Source: a virus
Taxonomy: Duplodnaviria; Caudoviricetes
Virus record (IMG/VR): IMGVR_UViG_3300026484_000222
Coordinates: 1 to 31,821 of that record
DNA: 31,821 bases
Direction: 5' to 3' (one strand)
Positions 26,309-31,821 of the stretch are shown one piece after another. Made by a program: the position numbers and the translations under genes. Under the pieces are notes generated by a model. The model was not told where the DNA came from and made no database searches. It saw only the letters and a list, made by a program, of their open reading frames with translations. How positions within the stretch are numbered: position 1 is the stretch's first letter; each line of letters begins with the position of its first letter.

Positions 26309-26926
26309 ATGAAAGGTGAAATAAGAGAATATAGAGGCTACAATAAAGAGCAAGGTTGGGTTTATGGATTTCTTTTAATAACTGAAGACGGTTGGTTTAT
26401 TGTTAACACAGATATAATTTGGCTGCAGGAGAATAATTTTCCAGGGCTTGAGAAAAGATTTGAGGTGGACCCTCTTACTGTTGGACAAGAGATAGGTTTT
26501 TTGTCCAAGGATGGTAAACCGCTATTTGAGTTTGATATTGTAGATTTGGTTTTACCTAAAACGCCTTCTAAAGAGCAAGAAGTGATAAGGGGCGTAATTG
26601 AATACGATGAAAGTTGCGCCTCATATAGAGTTAAAGTTTACGAAGATTTTCAGGATTTTAAAGAGAATACGGTGTATGATTCTCAACCGTTGCATGGTGA
26701 TGTTGAATGTTATTTGGTTGGGAATGTTTATGAGAATCCCGAACTTGTAAAATTAAATGGAATGGATGCAGCGATAAATTTTTTAGAAGAAGCGGTTGAA
26801 TCGGCTCAAGAATATATTAAAAAAACTATTGAAGAAAAAAAGAAAAACAGAAACAAAAAGATAAAAGCAGCAACCATAACATATGAAACATTGGGAGAAA
26901 TAGCGAATAAAAGGGATAAGGAATGA
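26309..26926 (+). CDS. YopX family protein
   Basis: EYRG...WVYG...VDPLTVGQEIG...KDGKPLFEFDIV...LVGNVYENPEL. Confidence 0.9.
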   Translation: MKGEIREYRGYNKEQGWVYGFLLITEDGWFIVNTDIIWLQENNFPGLEKRFEVDPLTVGQEIGFLSKDGKPLFEFDIVDLVLPKTPSKEQEVIRGVIEYDESCASYRVKVYEDFQDFKENTVYDSQPLHGDVECYLVGNVYENPELVKLNGMDAAINFLEEAVESAQEYIKKTIEEKKKNRNKKIKAATITYETLGEIANKRDKE

Positions 26927-27150
26927 AAGTAGAAGTGTTTGATACAGATTATGTAAAACCAGATGAAACAATAGAATTCTTAACCAACGGGATGTGTGTT
27001 TACAATTATCGTGGAATTAATTTTAAAATATTTAAAAACAGAGAGGATGTATACAGGTTCTTAACTGAGAGAGATTCCTCTCTTGTTATAAAAGAATTTT
27101 GCAGTGAGAAAGCGCTTGATAAATATCTTAAAAAAAATAAAAAACATTAA
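26923..27150 (+). CDS. Hypothetical protein
   Basis: ATGA overlap. Confidence 0.7.
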   Translation: MKVEVFDTDYVKPDETIEFLTNGMCVYNYRGINFKIFKNREDVYRFLTERDSSLVIKEFCSEKALDKYLKKNKKH

Positions 27151-27186
27151 ATCTATTCTTTTATGCTTTTAATGGTTTTTGCACTC

Positions 27187-27216
27187 TTGAAATTAAAGTG
27201 TATATTTAGATACAAT
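27187..27216 (+). promoter_or_regulatory. Sigma70-type promoter
   Basis: TTGAAA (27187-27192)-N18-TACAAT (27211-27216). Confidence 0.55.
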
Positions 27217-27328
27217 AGCCTTACATTTCCCCTACAATATTAAGTGCAATCATATGGATAACTATAGAAAATAGTTATCTCTGAGAGAGGGGTGTTTGTG
27301 TAAAATTAATACAGAAGAAAGGCTTATT

Positions 27329-27484
27329 ATGCAAAATAGAGTTTTGACTAAAAACGAAAATAAAAGAGTTAAATGTATGGTGTATACAAGAGTTGTGGGT
27401 TGCAATAGGCTCGTCGAGAGTTTTAATATTTGCAATGAGACTGAACGCAGAGAGAAAAGGTTTTTCAATGAAAGCAATGGATAG
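27329..27484 (+). CDS. Stand-alone NrdD-type glycyl-radical segment mini-protein (degenerate)
   Basis: KCMVYTRVVGCNRLVESFN...ERREKRFF matches the class III RNR C-terminal Y-x-RV-x-GY-x-RP-V-x-x-[FW]N...E-x-x-[DE]R motif. Confidence 0.7.
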   Translation: MQNRVLTKNENKRVKCMVYTRVVGCNRLVESFNICNETERREKRFFNESNG

Positions 27485-27578
27485 CGTGGCCAATATTATT
27501 GCTTATTTATCTGTTATTCTACCAATAATGGCTGTTTTTTATATAATATTTAAAGAAAAAATAAAGGAGCAAAAATGA
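27468..27578 (+). CDS. 36-aa single-TM peptide
   Basis: MKAMDSVANIIAYLSVILPIMAVFYIIFKEKIKEQK; ATGA overlap with the next gene. Confidence 0.6.
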   Translation: MKAMDSVANIIAYLSVILPIMAVFYIIFKEKIKEQK

Positions 27579-28156
27579 GAGAGAAAAATAAAGAAAAAAT
27601 TAAGGAATTCATAGAAGAGCTTGAAGGGTTGAAAAAAGATAAAACAATAGACGATGAGATGAGAGAAGAAGCTTTGGTTTTGCAAGCAATGCTGAAAGAA
27701 CTGCATAACGACCCATTAAGATTGATGGTGAAGTTTCAAAAAGACAGAATGCTTGACAAGCAACCTTATCAATGGTCTAATGAATCGGTAAATGTTGTAG
27801 AGGAATTGTTTGAGGCACTTGGTTATGATGTACCAAAAAGCAAAAGAGAAAAGCTTAAAAACAAATTTGTTGAGTTTGTAAAAGATACTGCGGTGGAGTT
27901 TGGACTCGAGCAAAAAGAGATAACTCCTGAAAGCATTATTGATGCGTTCGCTGACATATGTGAACTTGGTGTAGGTGCTATAATGAAAATGGGGTATTGT
28001 CCAAAATGTGTATTATATGAAATGGCTAGACACATAAATAGCAGGACCGGAAAGATAGTTGATGGTAAATTTCAAAAAGACGAAAATGTAAAAACATACG
28101 AGCCTGAATATAGTAAATGTGTACTTAAAGCAGATGAGCACAAAGAGAAACAATGA
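27575..28156 (+). CDS. MazG-like (all-alpha) NTP pyrophosphohydrolase
   Basis: EELFE...IDAFADI...INSRTGKIVDGKFQKD motif set. Confidence 0.8.
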   Translation: MREKNKEKIKEFIEELEGLKKDKTIDDEMREEALVLQAMLKELHNDPLRLMVKFQKDRMLDKQPYQWSNESVNVVEELFEALGYDVPKSKREKLKNKFVEFVKDTAVEFGLEQKEITPESIIDAFADICELGVGAIMKMGYCPKCVLYEMARHINSRTGKIVDGKFQKDENVKTYEPEYSKCVLKADEHKEKQ

Positions 28157-28320
28157 ATGATATTCCTGTAGAGATAATTTCTTTTTTAAAGGAAAAGGCT
28201 TCAAACGTTAAAAATTTGATGAAGGTTAAAGTGTTGTTGATGGATGAAATAGGTATAACAGGAAAAGATGCAAAAAAATATGCAAAATGGTGGATAAAGG
28301 GAGTGAATGGAAATAAATAA
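28153..28320 (+). CDS. 55-aa hypothetical protein
   Basis: ATGA overlap, fills the gap; MNDIPVEIISFLKEK...KDAKKYAKWWIKG. Confidence 0.65.
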   Translation: MNDIPVEIISFLKEKASNVKNLMKVKVLLMDEIGITGKDAKKYAKWWIKGVNGNK

Positions 28321-28579
28321 AAATATTAAAGATTCATTCTATTATTATGGGTGTTCAGCTAAAGAGTTTGTAAACATGAAATATTTGGACGCTTTAGAGT
28401 TTAAACTTAAAAAAGCAGAACAATTAAAAAAAGAATTGGTGGAAAAACAGGTTAAAATTTTTAATGATGACAGAACGTCCGATGAGTATTCAAAAATAAC
28501 TCAAAGGATATTAGACATAGAGAAAGCAATTATTTTTAATAGAGAATTAATAAGAGAAGCAAAAGGTGAACAATGTTAG
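28307..28579 (+). CDS. Hypothetical coiled-coil protein
   Basis: AAGGGAG RBS. Confidence 0.75.
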   Translation: MEINKNIKDSFYYYGCSAKEFVNMKYLDALEFKLKKAEQLKKELVEKQVKIFNDDRTSDEYSKITQRILDIEKAIIFNRELIREAKGEQC

Positions 28580-28812
28580 TTTTTAAACATAATCCTGACT
28601 ATGCTATTGAAGAAGTGTGCTCTGAAATGGAGCTTGGAGTTCAAAATCCAACTCAAAGAAAAACAACAACTGTGAAGATTTATAAGGTGTATGTAAATGG
28701 GGCAATGAAGTTTATGGCAATGGATTTAACCTCTGCGTATCACTTTATTTATGTTAACAGTGGCTACAAAGAATACATCACGGATGAAGATTTTGTTGAC
28801 GAAAATAATTAA
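28573..28812 (+). CDS. Hypothetical protein
   Basis: AAGGT RBS. Confidence 0.7.
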   Translation: MLVFKHNPDYAIEEVCSEMELGVQNPTQRKTTTVKIYKVYVNGAMKFMAMDLTSAYHFIYVNSGYKEYITDEDFVDENN

Positions 28813-29044
28813 AAAAATATGGGACTTGGATTGTAAGTATGGAATTTTTTGGTGGGCAAGTCTTATAAGTTTCATCTCTGTCTTTTTTACAGATGATGAA
28901 GATATTGTATGTTATTGGGTTGTAACAATATCTCTTATAACAATAGCTTCAACGCTCGGACTTTATAGATATCTTATAGAAATAGAGGAAGTTGTTAATG
29001 CGATAGACGAAGAAATATACAAAGAGAGTAAGAAAAACGAATGA
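28784..29044 (+). CDS. Putative 2-TM membrane protein (start uncertain)
   Basis: GIFWWASLISFISVFF and IVCYWVVTISLITIASTLGLY hydrophobic segments. Confidence 0.65.
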   Translation: MKILLTKIIKKIWDLDCKYGIFWWASLISFISVFFTDDEDIVCYWVVTISLITIASTLGLYRYLIEIEEVVNAIDEEIYKESKKNE

Positions 29045-29092
29045 GAAGCTCTATGTAAAGCATACTTTAATAAAGTAAAGGGAGGAGATAAA

Positions 29093-29350
29093 ATGGCAAC
29101 AAATGAATCTCAAATGAAAAAGGTGGTAGAAGAATTAAAAAAAAGAGGGGCAGTTACAAGAAACTGGTGTTTACAAAATTACATAAGTAGGCTTTCTGCT
29201 ATAATATATACTCTGAGATATGATTATGATTGGGATTTCAAAGGAGAAAGAGTGTATTACGGGGAAGATAAGGCTCACTGGGATTATAAATATATTGTTA
29301 CAAAACAAGGAAAGGACCCTTATGAAGAGAAACAAAAAAGTCAATGTTGA
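29093..29350 (+). CDS. Winged helix-turn-helix protein (HTH_39-like)
   Basis: GAVTR...ISRLSAIIYTLR motif; GGAGGA RBS. Confidence 0.8.
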   Translation: MATNESQMKKVVEELKKRGAVTRNWCLQNYISRLSAIIYTLRYDYDWDFKGERVYYGEDKAHWDYKYIVTKQGKDPYEEKQKSQC

Positions 29351-29666
29351 AGTAAATGTTGAAAAAAATGGCAACAAGGCAAGGGTGAATGCAAATATTT
29401 ATATAAAAAAGGAATGTGTTATGAGTAAATTTGGTAAGATTATAGGGAGAAAAGGGTGTTGTATATTGATAGCAATTGAGGTTGTAGTGGTGGCAATAAT
29501 AGCGTGTATTTTGAGTGCGGGGTTAATTATATACTCAGCTGCCTTGTATCCGTTTAAAAAGTATATAGGGTATCCAGAGTATACGCCTGCCCAAGTAATA
29601 AAAGACGCAATGCGTATTCCACAAGAAACAAAGGAGATATGGGAAGAGGAAAAGGCAAAATGTTAG
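29322..29666 (+). CDS. Putative membrane protein (alternative start 29421)
   Basis: Long hydrophobic stretch CCILIAIEVVVVAIIACILSAGLIIYSAALY. Confidence 0.65.
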   Translation: MKRNKKVNVEVNVEKNGNKARVNANIYIKKECVMSKFGKIIGRKGCCILIAIEVVVVAIIACILSAGLIIYSAALYPFKKYIGYPEYTPAQVIKDAMRIPQETKEIWEEEKAKC

Positions 29667-29701
29667 TCCTCCCCCTCTTTTTTTTTAGGTTATGTTTTTA
29701 A

Positions 29702-29722
29702 TATAATTAATGAAAAAGGTTT
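29702..29722 (+). promoter_or_regulatory. Promoter plus short-leader motif TATAATTA-N3-AAAAAGGTTT (copy 1)
   Basis: Preceded by CCTC-T-tract; near-identical arrangement at 31121. Confidence 0.55.
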
Positions 29723-29726
29723 AAAA

Positions 29727-29972
29727 ATGAAAGAAGTAATACGATGCATTAGAAGTATATTAAATATCTTTCCTCGTTGCATATGTTCTTCAACAAGAAA
29801 TGGTAATATGTTTAGTGTCTACACAAAGAAAAAAATTATTAAAAATAAGTATTATGTTATAATAGTCCACCACAAAGAATCATTGACTGAATTAGTGCAA
29901 GAGACTGAAACCTATGAAAGAGCAATAAGGGTTGCAAAAAAAATATGTGAGGACCAAAAAGATGCTTTATAA
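29727..29972 (+). CDS. Hypothetical protein
   Basis: AAGGT RBS. Confidence 0.7.
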   Translation: MKEVIRCIRSILNIFPRCICSSTRNGNMFSVYTKKKIIKNKYYVIIVHHKESLTELVQETETYERAIRVAKKICEDQKDAL

Positions 29973-30408
29973 AATTTCTCAACAATATCTACCCATGGAT
30001 GATTCTATGAATGATACAAATACGGATAACAATAAGCATTTGGAAAGAGATTTTTTGATGTTTTCCGGAGGTGCTGCCTCGGGACTATACGGAGCAAAAA
30101 AATATAAACAGACAAGAGATTCTACTAAGGAATATTCAAAAAAAGCCAGAGAATATAAGCAAAGATTAAAGGATATAGTTTCTTACAAAGAAACAGGAGA
30201 AATGAGTGAAAAATTAAAAGATTTAGCGAAAAAGTATAAAGCGTTTGATGGTTCCGCTTTAAAAACAGTGCTAAAAGATGAGTATAAACCAATAGTTAAA
30301 GCAAGAAGATATGGTGCTTTGGGGATTTTGGGGACAACAATAGGAGTGTATGGTGCAAAAAAAACTTTAGATGATATAAATCCACATCCAGTAATGGAAG
30401 ATATATAA
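29962..30408 (+). CDS. Glycine-zipper protein 1 (putative virion/internal protein)
   Basis: GAGGA RBS; MLYKIS; FSGGAASGLYGAKK and YGALGILGTTIGVYGAKK helices. Confidence 0.7.
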   Translation: MLYKISQQYLPMDDSMNDTNTDNNKHLERDFLMFSGGAASGLYGAKKYKQTRDSTKEYSKKAREYKQRLKDIVSYKETGEMSEKLKDLAKKYKAFDGSALKTVLKDEYKPIVKARRYGALGILGTTIGVYGAKKTLDDINPHPVMEDI

Positions 30409-30417
30409 GGAGTGTAA

Positions 30418-30777
30418 ATGAAAGCGTTAAAATTGCTTAAAATTGCAGATATATATGAAGAGCAACAAGGTCCAGGCTCTGCAATTAAAAACGGAGTATT
30501 ATCTGGCGCAGCATTAGGAACAATGGTGGCTGGTACACATTATGGAAGTAAATTCTTACACAATAAATTGACCAATGCGATAAATAGTGGTAAAATTACT
30601 GATGCAGGACAACTGCAAATGGCAAACAAGATTAATTCAGGGCTTGGCAAAGTACAGAATGCAACCTCGTTGCATGGCGTTCTTAATGGAATGGGAAGAG
30701 TTGGTAAAGTAATATCAGGAAGTGGAAGCTTTCTGAGTAATGCATTTGGTCTTGGAAAATCATTATTAAAGGGGTAA
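30418..30777 (+). CDS. Glycine-zipper protein 2
   Basis: AAGGAG RBS; MKALKLLKIA; GVLSGAALGTMVAG; Gly-rich C-terminus. Confidence 0.75.
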   Translation: MKALKLLKIADIYEEQQGPGSAIKNGVLSGAALGTMVAGTHYGSKFLHNKLTNAINSGKITDAGQLQMANKINSGLGKVQNATSLHGVLNGMGRVGKVISGSGSFLSNAFGLGKSLLKG

Positions 30778-30778
30778 C

Positions 30779-30997
30779 ATGAAAGCATTAAGTTTACTAT
30801 ACAAAGAATCGGCAGCTATGCCTAGAGTAGTAAGAGGAGGTAGGGTTACTGCTTCTGAAGTCGAAGATTTTATTAGAAAAAACAGAAACACAGGGCCTGC
30901 TAAACCTGAATTTTCAATGCAAAGAGTATTGAATGGTGTAAGATGGGGAGGTCTTGGGTTAGGTCTTGGTGCCACTGGTTATGTAGCCTCAAGATAA
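30779..30997 (+). CDS. Glycine-zipper protein 3
   Basis: AAGGGG RBS; MKALSLLYKESA; WGGLGLGLGATGYVASR. Confidence 0.75.
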   Translation: MKALSLLYKESAAMPRVVRGGRVTASEVEDFIRKNRNTGPAKPEFSMQRVLNGVRWGGLGLGLGATGYVASR

Positions 30998-31120
30998 AAA
31001 ATAGAAAAGATGTAAGATAGGTGCTAAAGGTATAAAAAAGACAGATGGACTACACATTAAAACGAGAGAGAGAACTTCTATAAATAAACAATAATTCCTC
31101 GATTCCTCTCTTTTTTTAGC

Positions 31121-31142
31121 TATAATTACATAAAAAAGGTTT
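31121..31142 (+). promoter_or_regulatory. Promoter plus short-leader motif TATAATTA-N3-AAAAAAGGTTT (copy 2)
   Basis: TTTTTTTAGC-TATAAT; matches the 29702 copy. Confidence 0.6.
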
Positions 31143-31148
31143 GTGATT

Positions 31149-31820
31149 ATGGCTAAAGAAAGAAAAGAGAATAATAAACCACCTATTTCTCCAACCGAAG
31201 TTTCTTCGCCCTTCGCAGTTTTAGCGCTTGCCTCTGGTGCTGTAGCTGGAGTGAATCATCTAAAAACAGAAATGTATCCATCTATAAGAAGAAAAATCGA
31301 ACATACAAGTGATAAAACATATTTTGAAAATAAAAAATTGAAAGCGTTAGATAAAGCTATAATGGCTTCGAATGAAGATGAAAAAAAACATTATTTAAAA
31401 GAAGCTGGTAAATACAATTATGCCACAAAGTTTTTACCAGGCAAAACTAAGCCTGAGTTTCTGGATGCGCTAAAAGCAGAGGCAGAAATAGCAAGACAAC
31501 AAGAATTACAGAAAATAGACAATATTATAAGAGATGCTACAAAAAAAAGAAATGCAGCCATAGGGGTAGGGGTTGCTTCAATACTAGGTTCAGGTTTAAG
31601 CTACGCATATCAACAAAAAAAACAAAAAGAATATTTAAAAAATCTAATTAAACAAAGCTCTGATGGTGATATAACAGACAAAGAAATGGACACTCTCAAA
31701 CAATATACAGCTGAAAATAAAAGCTCTTTTGTTCCTGCAACTGCAGCTGCAATGTATATAGCCGGAATAGGAGCAGATAAATTGGGCGATAAGCTAAATG
31801 AAAGTTATAGTAAAAAAGAA
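31149..31820 (+). CDS. Glycine-zipper protein 4, modular, runs off the window end
   Basis: Open frame from ATG 31149 to the end; LALASGAVAGV, IGVGVASILGSGLSYAY, LIKQS, AAAMYIAGIGA. Confidence 0.8.
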   Translation, partial: MAKERKENNKPPISPTEVSSPFAVLALASGAVAGVNHLKTEMYPSIRRKIEHTSDKTYFENKKLKALDKAIMASNEDEKKHYLKEAGKYNYATKFLPGKTKPEFLDALKAEAEIARQQELQKIDNIIRDATKKRNAAIGVGVASILGSGLSYAYQQKKQKEYLKNLIKQSSDGDITDKEMDTLKQYTAENKSSFVPATAAAMYIAGIGADKLGDKLNESYSKKE

Positions 31821-31821
31821 T

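Noticed and set aside
27232-27247. NrdR-box-like CTACAATATTAAGTGC upstream of the NrdD-like gene
   Set aside because: Only a partial match in AT-rich DNA, no second box at the usual spacing, and NrdR is generally reported absent from epsilon-proteobacteria.
28153-28320. Ribosomal L7/L12 C-terminal-like pattern (GITGKDAKKY)
   Set aside because: Similarity too weak to call; kept as hypothetical.
247-30975. The many minus-strand ORFs of 60-186 aa in the ORF track
   Set aside because: They lie opposite well-supported + strand genes, have the F/S/I/L-rich composition of antisense shadows, and show no convincing RBS.
31079-31086. T4-type late promoter TATAAATA
   Set aside because: The same 8-mer also occurs inside coding regions and is expected by chance at this AT content.
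1-31821. Stop-codon reassignment
   Set aside because: Genes tile densely under the standard code, and TAA, TGA and TAG all end genes next to a new RBS/start.
1-31821. CRISPR array, IS element, integrase/att site, intron or DGR
   Set aside because: No repeat-spacer periodicity, no transposase, recombinase or reverse transcriptase motifs, and no long near-identical repeats seen.

Overview
AT-rich window (roughly 30-33% GC by eye) from a large lytic ('jumbo'-type) phage or phage-like element. About 72 tightly packed CDSs all lie on the + strand, with AAGGA(G) ribosome-binding sites and ATGA/TAATG overlaps. TG-n-TATAAT promoters with upstream T-tracts and an NrdD-type mini-protein suggest a Campylobacterota host (inference). 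Positions 1-29.7 kb form an early/accessory region of mostly short, often acidic hypothetical proteins. Recognisable products there are a divergent ThyX, DUF3310, a HAD phosphatase, four YopX-like proteins, a DUF1281/YubB-like protein, HTH proteins, a KH-domain protein, a MazG-like NTP pyrophosphohydrolase and a stand-alone NrdD glycyl-radical segment. From about 29.96 kb the character changes to a family of glycine-zipper proteins sharing an L-x-K-x-[AS] motif, probably virion/internal proteins. Best candidates for new biology: (1) the only apparent minus-strand transcript, a ~125-nt structured sRNA with its own promoter and terminator, antisense to a 21-aa Tat-signal-like peptide (type I TA-like layout); (2) the glycine-zipper/K-x-[AS] family and its shared promoter motif; (3) the degenerate glycyl-radical mini-protein; (4) an operator-like array of three CTTAA-N6-CTTAA pairs; (5) apparent total absence of GATC and CGCG. 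No tRNA, rRNA, CRISPR array, integrase or transposase was seen. All family calls are motif recognition by eye, not database searches.
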